Source: Planctomycetota bacterium
GTDB taxonomy: Bacteria; Planctomycetota; Brocadiia; Brocadiales; Brocadiaceae
NCBI GenBank assembly: GCA_016235875.1
Contig: JACRII010000057.1
Location: 1 to 17,121, forward strand
Length of the DNA stretch: 17,121 nucleotides
Direction: 5' to 3'
The notes under the pieces are model-generated. The model was not told the DNA's origin. It saw only the letters and a program-made list of their open reading frames with translations, and did no database searches. The translations under genes and the position numbers were made by a program. Each line of letters begins with the position of its first letter. The first letter of the stretch is position 1. Below are positions 7,432 through 14,549 of this stretch, in pieces.

Positions 7432-7460
7432 TTGACAAGATAAATTATGTCTGCTACTAT
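7432..7460 (+). promoter_or_regulatory. Predicted sigma70-type promoter for the ACP gene / lipid operon
   Basis: TTGACA (7432-7437), 17-nt spacer ending in TGc (extended -10), TACTAT (7455-7460). About 75 nt upstream of the ACP start codon in an otherwise non-coding AT-rich stretch. Confidence 0.6.
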
Positions 7461-7535
7461 GTTTTCGTTGTTTTCAAAATTACTATGAATATATATGTGT
7501 CTTTTGTTTCGGTAGTTTAATAAAGGAGGATAATT

Positions 7536-7805
7536 TTGAACGCTGGAGAGATTGAAAAAGGTGTAACCGCTATTGTTGCAGAGGTTACTGAGTTAGACGA
7601 AAAGGAGATTTGGGACAAAAGAGATGCAAATTTCTTTAAAGACCTTGAGATAGATTCCCTTTTAGCCTTAGAGATTCTGGCACTCATTGAAAAGAAGTTT
7701 AAAGTGCAAATACCTGAAGAAAAGCTTGTTGATATTACCTCATTAAACGCAACAATTGATTTAACAAAATCAGTATTGGCAGAGAGCGGCAAACTCACCT
7801 CATAA
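7536..7805 (+). CDS. Acyl carrier protein (dedicated)
   Basis: 89 aa. TTG start with SD aaaggagga. NFFKDLEIDSLLALEILALIEKKFKVQIPEEKLVDITSLNATIDL: phosphopantetheine Ser in the DSL motif and the acidic helix II pattern. Confidence 0.9.
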   Translation: MNAGEIEKGVTAIVAEVTELDEKEIWDKRDANFFKDLEIDSLLALEILALIEKKFKVQIPEEKLVDITSLNATIDLTKSVLAESGKLTS

Positions 7806-7841
7806 GATGCTTGATACATAGCGCAACAAGACACAAACCAA

Positions 7842-7892
7842 TTACCCCCCTTTATTTACCCTTCTTAATGAACGGTAGATAAAGGGGGGTAA
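7842..7892. terminator. Strong hairpin between ACP and fabZ-like genes; possible terminator or attenuator
   Basis: TTACCCCCCTTTATTTACC (7842-7860) pairs with GGTAGATAAAGGGGGGTAA (7874-7892), 18/19 with one G-U in RNA, 13-nt loop. Only a weak downstream T content (aaaactttatt). Confidence 0.6.
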
Positions 7893-7988
7893 AACTTTAT
7901 TAAAAATTTAAAGCATAATATTTATTATTGTGTAATACGATTACCGAGTAATACTTTACATGATTAACACAAAAAAAGCATACTTACA

Positions 7989-8441
7989 ATGATATTATTT
8001 GAGGAAATTCGATCTCTTCTTCCTCAAAAATATCCTTTTCTATTTATTGATAAGGTTGTTGAGTTCGAAGAGGGGAAAAAAATCGTTTGTATCAAAAATG
8101 TATCCGGCAACGAACCTGTCTTTGTCGGACATTTCCCTGATTTTGCCATCATGCCAGGTGTCTTGATCATCGAGGCGATGGCACAGGCTTCTATTATCTT
8201 ATTCAGGAAGAGCCTCCCCCCTCAGCAAAACGACAAGAATACCGTTTTTTTATTAGCATCAGTCAATAATGCACGGTTTACAAAACCTGTATTCCCCGGC
8301 GATCAACTCTTCATAGAAATCATCGTGGAAAAAATTGTCTCCAAGGGCGCTATTGTTCAGGCAACGGTAAAAGTTGAAGAAAAAACCGTTGCGAAGGCAT
8401 CGTTGACCTTTGGCATTGCAGAAAAAAGTGCTTTGGTATAG
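7989..8441 (+). CDS. FabZ-like 3-hydroxyacyl-ACP dehydratase
   Basis: 150 aa. IRSLLPQKYPFLFIDKVVEFEEGKKI...VSGNEPVFVGHFPDFAIMPGVLIIEAMAQASIILFR: canonical hot-dog fold motif with GHFP and PGVLIIEAMAQ catalytic residues. Confidence 0.92.
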   Translation: MILFEEIRSLLPQKYPFLFIDKVVEFEEGKKIVCIKNVSGNEPVFVGHFPDFAIMPGVLIIEAMAQASIILFRKSLPPQQNDKNTVFLLASVNNARFTKPVFPGDQLFIEIIVEKIVSKGAIVQATVKVEEKTVAKASLTFGIAEKSALV

Positions 8442-8444
8442 TTT

Positions 8445-9665
8445 ATGAATAAACGTGTTGTTATAACAGGCGTAGGAATGATCACCCCTATCGGGTCAGG
8501 AAAGGACACATTTTGGAAGGCCCTTATTGCAGGGGCGTCTGGTGTGGACAACGTGACGTGCATAGATACTTCCGGCTATAAGGTTCATAAAGGATGTGAA
8601 GTTAAAAATTTCAATTATGCGGATTACATAAAAGACGACATTCTCAAAAAAATTGGCAAAGGTTCGCAATTTGCGATAGTAGCCACAAAGCTGGCTTTAA
8701 ACGATGCCAGGCTTGATTTGAATAAGACTAACTTAGAACGGATTGGGGTCTCTGTTGGAACAACCGCAGGAGAAATACAAATCCTGGAAAAAGTTAATTA
8801 TATCAGGCATAAAGATGGTGAAGATAAGGTCGACCCAGACCTGTTTTTGAAGCATCCTTGTAATAACATCCCGGCTAATATTGCTATTGAGTTTGGTTTG
8901 AAAGGTCCCAATACGATTATACCCACTGCCTGCGCTGCGGGTAATTATGCAATTGGATATGCCTATGACTTGATTAAGTTTGGAAGGGTGGACATGATGT
9001 TTGCCGGCGGTTCAGACCCTTTTTCGAAAGTTGCCTATACGGGATTCGCCAGACTGGGCGCTATTGCCCCTGATATCTGCCAGCCCTTTGATAAAAATAG
9101 AAAAGGCATGATGGTGGGTGAAGGCGCTGGGATGCTTCTTCTGGAATCGCTTGACCATGCAACAAAGAGAAATGCGAATATTTATGCTGAAATTATCGGT
9201 TATGGGCTTAGCTGTGATGCGTACCATATTACAATTCCTCATCCAGACGGCGAAGGTGTTGTCTCTGCTATGAAAAAAGCACTAAAAAGCGCAAACCTGA
9301 GTCCTAAAGATGTCCAGTATGTTAGTGCACATGGAACGGGAACTCCTGCGAATGACAAGGCTGAAACGATTTCAATTAAAAAGGTGTTCGGGGATAAACC
9401 CAGTAATCTTGCAATTAGTTCCATAAAATCAATGATTGGACATACCATGGGGGCAGCTAGCGCTATTGAGGCAATTACTTGCGCATTAGTTGTCCAGAAC
9501 GATATAATTCCTCCAACGATAAATTATGAAACGCTGGATCCGGAATGTGATCTGGACTATGTACCCAATGTTATGAGAAAACAACGGGTAAATATTGCAC
9601 TGAACAACGCCCATGCATTTGGCGGTAACAATAGTTGTCTGGTTGTAAAAAAGTTCACAGGATAA
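8445..9665 (+). CDS. Beta-ketoacyl-ACP synthase II-like (FabF-like), catalytic residues intact
   Basis: 406 aa. Nucleophile Cys in [18 protein letters not shown], His in [27 protein letters not shown] with conserved Lys and His; C-term [18 protein letters not shown]. Starts 3 nt after the fabZ-like stop. Confidence 0.93.
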   Translation: MNKRVVITGVGMITPIGSGKDTFWKALIAGASGVDNVTCIDTSGYKVHKGCEVKNFNYADYIKDDILKKIGKGSQFAIVATKLALNDARLDLNKTNLERIGVSVGTTAGEIQILEKVNYIRHKDGEDKVDPDLFLKHPCNNIPANIAIEFGLKGPNTIIPTACAAGNYAIGYAYDLIKFGRVDMMFAGGSDPFSKVAYTGFARLGAIAPDICQPFDKNRKGMMVGEGAGMLLLESLDHATKRNANIYAEIIGYGLSCDAYHITIPHPDGEGVVSAMKKALKSANLSPKDVQYVSAHGTGTPANDKAETISIKKVFGDKPSNLAISSIKSMIGHTMGAASAIEAITCALVVQNDIIPPTINYETLDPECDLDYVPNVMRKQRVNIALNNAHAFGGNNSCLVVKKFTG

Positions 9666-9677
9666 AAAAGGTTTGTG

Positions 9678-10919
9678 ATGGAAAAAACGAGAATCGTTAT
9701 TACAGGTGTTTCGGTTATCTCGCCTCTTGGGGCAGACAAGGATATTTTTTGGAAAAATTTAACCGAAGGTGTATCGGGTATAAAACCCGTCACCCTGTTC
9801 GATGTAAGTAAATTTAATAGCAAGCAGGCGGGAGAAATCTCTGGTTTTGATGCCAAGATTTATCTTGGTCAAAAAGGAATCCGACATATCGATAGAACCT
9901 CGCTCCTTGTATCATCAGGAACGGTTCTTGCCATCAAAGATGCGAACCTCGAAAACAATACCTATAGCGGTGATGAGCTGGGCATTGTCGTCGGCTCTAC
10001 CTATGGAAGTATTGACAGCATCAGTTCCTTTGATTTCCAGTCTTTGCGCGAAGGTCCCAGTTATGTCAATCCCATGGACTTTCCTAACACCGTGTTGAAT
10101 GCGCCAGCAAGCCGTGCCTCTATTTTCTGTAAGGCCACAGGACTCAATACCACCATTTCAAACGGCGTGACAAGCAGTATCGATGCTATTATTTATGCCT
10201 CTGATTTCCTTCGTATGGGTCGTGTAAAGGCAGCAGTTGTAGGCGGTGTACATGGATTAACCCATGACATATTTTGGGGTTCACATAATTCAAAGATACT
10301 GGCTGGCAGCAAGAACGGAACGCCGGAAATTTGCGCTCCATTTGATAAGAGGCGCAATGGAATGATTATTGGCGAGGCATCGGCGTTAGTTATTCTGGAA
10401 ACTTTGGAAGACGCTTTGAAGAGAAATGCGCATATATATGCTGAAGTTAAGGGTTACGGAACTGCATTCGAGCCTAAAATGGCCGTCAGCAAAGAATATC
10501 AAATAGACGGTAACAGGAGAGCCATTATGAACGCTCTTAATGACGCCAATCTGACACTGCATGACATTTCCTATATCTCCGCCAATGCCTATTCCGGTAT
10601 TCATGGCGATGCTCTTGAAACTAAAGTTATCAAAGAAGTCTTTGGTATGCGATCAAAACTCATCCCTGTGTCAGCTATAAAATCTATGACCGGTGAGTGT
10701 TTTGACGCCTCAGGTGCATTACAAACCATAGCCGCATTGATGTCCATCAAAACACACACAATTCCACCCACTATAAATTATAAGGAACCGGATACAGAGT
10801 GTGATTTAGATTACGTGATCAACAACAGCAGGGCTGTCCCAGTCAAGAACGTCCTTATAAACTCTTTCTCCCGATTGGGAAATAATTCATCCTTAATTAT
10901 CTCCAAATACAAACCGTAA
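9678..10919 (+). CDS. FabF-like protein lacking the Cys-His-His triad (chain-length-factor/KS-beta-like)
   Basis: Ketosynthase fold throughout (EKTRIVITGVSVISPLGADKDIFW; APFDKRRNGMIIGEASALVILE; DTECDLDYVINNSRAV). Active-site positions read NTTISNGVTSSIDAI, ISANAYSGIHGDALE and SAIKSMTGECFDASGA. ORF track start is GTG 9675; ATG at 9678 is equally plausible. Confidence 0.9.
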   Translation: MEKTRIVITGVSVISPLGADKDIFWKNLTEGVSGIKPVTLFDVSKFNSKQAGEISGFDAKIYLGQKGIRHIDRTSLLVSSGTVLAIKDANLENNTYSGDELGIVVGSTYGSIDSISSFDFQSLREGPSYVNPMDFPNTVLNAPASRASIFCKATGLNTTISNGVTSSIDAIIYASDFLRMGRVKAAVVGGVHGLTHDIFWGSHNSKILAGSKNGTPEICAPFDKRRNGMIIGEASALVILETLEDALKRNAHIYAEVKGYGTAFEPKMAVSKEYQIDGNRRAIMNALNDANLTLHDISYISANAYSGIHGDALETKVIKEVFGMRSKLIPVSAIKSMTGECFDASGALQTIAALMSIKTHTIPPTINYKEPDTECDLDYVINNSRAVPVKNVLINSFSRLGNNSSLIISKYKP

Positions 10920-10922
10920 TTC

Positions 10923-12377
10923 ATGCTGTCTTCCGATACGTGTATTCAATCCACAAAAAAGGATATGCTATATCCTTATTATGATGCGATTGTGATTGGC
11001 TCGGGCGTAGCAGGATTAGTATGCGCTGCATTTCTTGCCAAATGTGGAAAAAAAGTGCTTATGGTGGAGCAACATTTCATTCCCGGAGGTTATTGTACTT
11101 CTTTTAAGCGAAAGGGTTTTACCTTCGATGCCGCAGTTCATCATATTGGCGGTTGCGGAAAATGGAGTGTTGTCGGTCGCTGCTTTAAGACACTTGGGAT
11201 TGGAATGGATTTCTATCCTCTCGACCCAATGGATCACCTGATTTTCCCCAACTTCAGCATTGAAATTCCAGCCGACCTGGATGAGTATATCGCACGTTTA
11301 CAGGATCGTTATCCATTGGAAAAAGACAACATTAAAGATTTTTTCCAGGATTTTATAAAACTCTACCGCGCTACATTTAACAATGAAAAGAGTCAAATTA
11401 TTGATAAATATAAGGATCAAACATATGGCGAGATGTTAGATGCCTTTTTTAAGAACGACGAACTCAAGATGATACTTGCCGGCCAATGGGGATACATAGG
11501 TCTCCCCCCTACTCAGGCATCCGCTATTGCAATGTGTCAAATGATGATCAATTATCTCAAAGACGGCGCATTTTTTCCTGCGGGTGGTACGCAAGAGTTT
11601 GCTAATGCAATTTTTAAGAAATTTATTGATTTTGGCGGACATGTTATGCTATCATCAAGAGTCAAGAAAATCCTTCTGAATGGTAGTTCCGTAAAAGGCA
11701 TTAAGTTACAGGATGGTAAAGAAATTTACTCCGGTTTAGTTGTGTCGAATGCTGACGCCAGGCAGACTTTTTTTGACCTATTAGAAGGTAAATCCGATCC
11801 ATCCTTTCTTAAAAAAGTTGAGGAGATGAGAGAAAGTTGTTCCTTCTTTCTTTTATATTTAGGCGTTGGAGGTGATGTAGATTTAACGAAGGTAAAGAGA
11901 GGGTTTTATCATACGGCCACAGATGCAAGCGCTATGGACAAAGAATGGTTATATATTTCCGTTCCAACAAAAATAAGTCCTACCCTTGCACCTTCAAATA
12001 AGCAAATAATATCTGTGGTTGTCTATTTGAATAAAGCGATGTATAAAAACGTTACCGATTGGAAATCTTTTAAAGAACGCATGACATTACAAACGATCAA
12101 TAGATTAGAATCATATATTCCTGATTTAAAAAAATATATCGAAGTAAAAGAGTCAGCTACACCGAAAACCCTGGAACGTTACACATCAAACACAAGCGGA
12201 GCTGCTTATGGCTGGGAAGTCACGGTCGACCAAATGTGGGAGAATAGACTATCACAGAAGACACCGATTGAAAATCTATATTTAACAGGTCATTGGACAA
12301 GACCAGGTCCTGGGATTTGTGCCGTTGTCTCTTCGGGATGGAGCGTAGCTAATTTAATTATGGAGAATTGGAGGTAA
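10923..12377 (+). CDS. Phytoene desaturase / carotenoid isomerase (CrtI/CrtISO)-like FAD-dependent oxidoreductase
   Basis: 484 aa. YYDAIVIGSGVAGLVCAAFLAKCGKKVLMVEQHFIPGGYCTSFKRKGFTFDAAVHHIGG (Rossmann FAD motif and PGG), C-terminal NLYLTGHWTRPGPGICAVVSSGWSVANLI. Confidence 0.9.
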   Translation: MLSSDTCIQSTKKDMLYPYYDAIVIGSGVAGLVCAAFLAKCGKKVLMVEQHFIPGGYCTSFKRKGFTFDAAVHHIGGCGKWSVVGRCFKTLGIGMDFYPLDPMDHLIFPNFSIEIPADLDEYIARLQDRYPLEKDNIKDFFQDFIKLYRATFNNEKSQIIDKYKDQTYGEMLDAFFKNDELKMILAGQWGYIGLPPTQASAIAMCQMMINYLKDGAFFPAGGTQEFANAIFKKFIDFGGHVMLSSRVKKILLNGSSVKGIKLQDGKEIYSGLVVSNADARQTFFDLLEGKSDPSFLKKVEEMRESCSFFLLYLGVGGDVDLTKVKRGFYHTATDASAMDKEWLYISVPTKISPTLAPSNKQIISVVVYLNKAMYKNVTDWKSFKERMTLQTINRLESYIPDLKKYIEVKESATPKTLERYTSNTSGAAYGWEVTVDQMWENRLSQKTPIENLYLTGHWTRPGPGICAVVSSGWSVANLIMENWR

Positions 12378-12385
12378 ATAAAAAT

Positions 12386-13846
12386 ATGAGTAGAAAAATG
12401 ATGTTAATTAATCCACATAAACCGGGCAGGCATGGTGAGGAGAGTATTACGGTAATCGTTCAAATGCCTTTAAATCTTGCCTACGTTGCCGCTCTTACAC
12501 CCGGTGATTGGGAATTTGACGTTATCGACGAAAATATTGAATTGGCAATAAACGATAATGATGAACTCACTTTTAAACCGGTAGACCTTGTGTGTATTAC
12601 CTCAGTTACCTATCAGTCTCCCAGGGCATACAAGATTGCAGCCGCTTGCAGGAAAAAGGGCATGACAGTAATCATGGGTGGAATACATGCATCTGTTGTG
12701 CCTGAAGAGGCCGCAAATTACGTTGATGCTGTTTTTGTGGGTGAGGCAGAAGAAGTGTGGCCACAGGTCATAAAAGATTTTGAAGCAGGAAAATTAAAAA
12801 AGGTCTACCAGGGCGGCTTACCCCCCCTTAGCCTGATGAAGAAGGTGTATCCAAACCGCGAACTCTTGAAAAATAAATACAACTATAAATTTTCTTCCAT
12901 CGTAACAACAAAAGGATGCCCCAACTATTGTGATTTTTGCAGTGTACCCACATTCCAGGGCAGAAAATTCAGGGAAAGACCTTATGAAGATGTCCTCGAT
13001 GAGATGGCAGCCACAGATTACAAGGGATTGATGTTAGCGGAAGATAACTTCTACGGTCATGGAAAAAAATCAAACGAGAGGGCACGAGATCTTTTCAAGG
13101 GAATGGTGGAACGTGGCATACACAAAGACTGGTTAGGATTCACGGCGTTAAACATCTCTCAAGACCAGGAAACATTAGATTATATGGCCAAGAGCGGCAA
13201 TTTTGGTATGCTTATCGGTATAGAATCTACGAATGAGGCCGTTTTGGAGAAAATGAATAAACGTGTGAACCTGAAGTTGGGTACCGATAGTTATTTTGAT
13301 TGTATCCAAAAGATTCACAACGCCGGCTTGGTTGTCTGGGGTTCCGTGGTATTTGGGGCCGATGGAGACGACAAAGATTCTTTTAAAAGAATGACTGAAT
13401 TTATATTGGAAAACAATATTGATATTCTCACCTTTGGCATTAACTGTCCCTTCCCCAAGACGCAACTCTATGCAAGACTGGATTCAGAAAAGAGGATTTT
13501 CAGGAAAAATTATCCGGAGGATTGGCAATATTACGATACAGCCCATGTGGTACACCGTTTCGTAGACATGTCATTGGAAAACTTTATTGAAGGCATGCAG
13601 TATGTTTATGACCATATTTATGCAGGTGATAACCTAAGGACACGATTCAGAAACTCAATTAAAACAACAAAGAATCCCAGAAACTCCATGTTTGCATTCA
13701 GGGTGGGTTCGGATTGGAAACAAGTTTTTGAACAAGTATTGCAGAATTTGAAGGAATTATACGATTCAGGCGATTATTATCAGGACTGGTACAAATCAAG
13801 TGCAGTACCTGTTTCAAAGCCAGTTATGGAAACAGTAACCACATAA
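12386..13846 (+). CDS. B12-binding domain radical SAM protein
   Basis: Cobalamin-binding-like N-terminal half (FDVIDENIE...CITSVTYQSPRAYKIAAACRKKGMTVIMGGIHASVVPEEAANYVDAVFVGEAEEVW) then KGCPNYCDFCSVPTFQGRKFRERP (CxxxCxxC). The tracked ORF starts at TTG 12368, but ATG 12386 with SD ggagg at 12370-12374 is better. Confidence 0.92.
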   Translation: MSRKMMLINPHKPGRHGEESITVIVQMPLNLAYVAALTPGDWEFDVIDENIELAINDNDELTFKPVDLVCITSVTYQSPRAYKIAAACRKKGMTVIMGGIHASVVPEEAANYVDAVFVGEAEEVWPQVIKDFEAGKLKKVYQGGLPPLSLMKKVYPNRELLKNKYNYKFSSIVTTKGCPNYCDFCSVPTFQGRKFRERPYEDVLDEMAATDYKGLMLAEDNFYGHGKKSNERARDLFKGMVERGIHKDWLGFTALNISQDQETLDYMAKSGNFGMLIGIESTNEAVLEKMNKRVNLKLGTDSYFDCIQKIHNAGLVVWGSVVFGADGDDKDSFKRMTEFILENNIDILTFGINCPFPKTQLYARLDSEKRIFRKNYPEDWQYYDTAHVVHRFVDMSLENFIEGMQYVYDHIYAGDNLRTRFRNSIKTTKNPRNSMFAFRVGSDWKQVFEQVLQNLKELYDSGDYYQDWYKSSAVPVSKPVMETVTT

Positions 13847-13880
13847 TACGGTAAATAGGCATATGAATTCTTAATGGAAT

Positions 13881-13925
13881 TTATAAAGGCACATCAATTT
13901 CATAATTGTTGATGTGCCTTTATAA
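13881..13925. terminator. Perfect 17-bp inverted repeat, likely bidirectional terminator at the end of the lipid-type operon
   Basis: TTATAAAGGCACATCAA (13881-13897) / TTGATGTGCCTTTATAA (13909-13925) with an 11-nt loop, 34 nt after the radical SAM stop. Confidence 0.75.
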
Positions 13926-13963
13926 TTGATAATAATCATGGTTTTGTGTTCGGCGGTTATGTC

Positions 13964-14380
13964 ATGGAAAATATCCTGAACCGAATTAGAGATTTCAGTA
14001 AAAAGGTTGAATTATTTTATGTGGCAACATCAAACCAAAAGAAAGAGGTACACCTCGCGGTAGCGAAGGGTTTGATTTTTTTACCTGACAATGAACATGT
14101 GGCTTTCAAGTCGTGGTTTTGCAAAAAAACAATAGAAAATATTCTTGAGAACCCGAATATATCTATTGCTATCTATGATACGAAGACCGATATGGGTTAT
14201 CAAATAGTTGGCAGAACAGTCTCAAAAAACGTGGTAGCTGTTTTAGATGGTTACTCACCGAGGTTGGAAAAGATTGAAAAAGAATATCCACAGGAAGAGT
14301 ATCAGTTGAAAGTAAAAATTATAAACATTATGGATTTACACAGAGTAGCTCATTCTGACAAGTATCTTTTACTTAATTGA
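13964..14380 (+). CDS. Pyridoxamine 5'-phosphate oxidase-like (FMN-binding split barrel) family protein
   Basis: About 138 aa: FYVATSNQKKEVHLAVAKGLIFLPDNEHVAFKSWFCKKTIENILENPNISIAIYDTKTDMGYQIVGRT matches small PNPOx-like flavoproteins. The ORF track start (GTG 13946) is an alternative to ATG 13964. Confidence 0.75.
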   Translation: MENILNRIRDFSKKVELFYVATSNQKKEVHLAVAKGLIFLPDNEHVAFKSWFCKKTIENILENPNISIAIYDTKTDMGYQIVGRTVSKNVVAVLDGYSPRLEKIEKEYPQEEYQLKVKIINIMDLHRVAHSDKYLLLN

Positions 14381-14420
14381 TTTTCGTCCATAACATCTTA
14401 ATTTCAGAAGGAGGTGAAAC

Positions 14421-14549
14421 ATGATAGGCAAGTTATTATCTTTATCAATGGAGAAATCGATCATTCCGGATATTAGTCCAAAAGCAATTATGGTTATTGC
14501 CATTGCGCTAATATTCGTTATATTATTCACCTGGAAAAAGGAGGGATAA
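14421..14549 (+). CDS. Small single-pass membrane protein (42 aa), not in the supplied ORF track
   Basis: MIGKLLSLSMEKSIIPDISPKAIMVIAIALIFVILFTWKKEG*. Near-perfect SD (agaaggaggtgaaacATG), one hydrophobic helix (IMVIAIALIFVILF) followed by WKK. Its stop directly abuts the next start. Confidence 0.7.
   Translation: MIGKLLSLSMEKSIIPDISPKAIMVIAIALIFVILFTWKKEG

Noticed and set aside
7517-7834. 105-aa minus-strand ORF opposite the ACP
   Set aside because: ACP motif and strong SD on the plus strand make this a shadow ORF.
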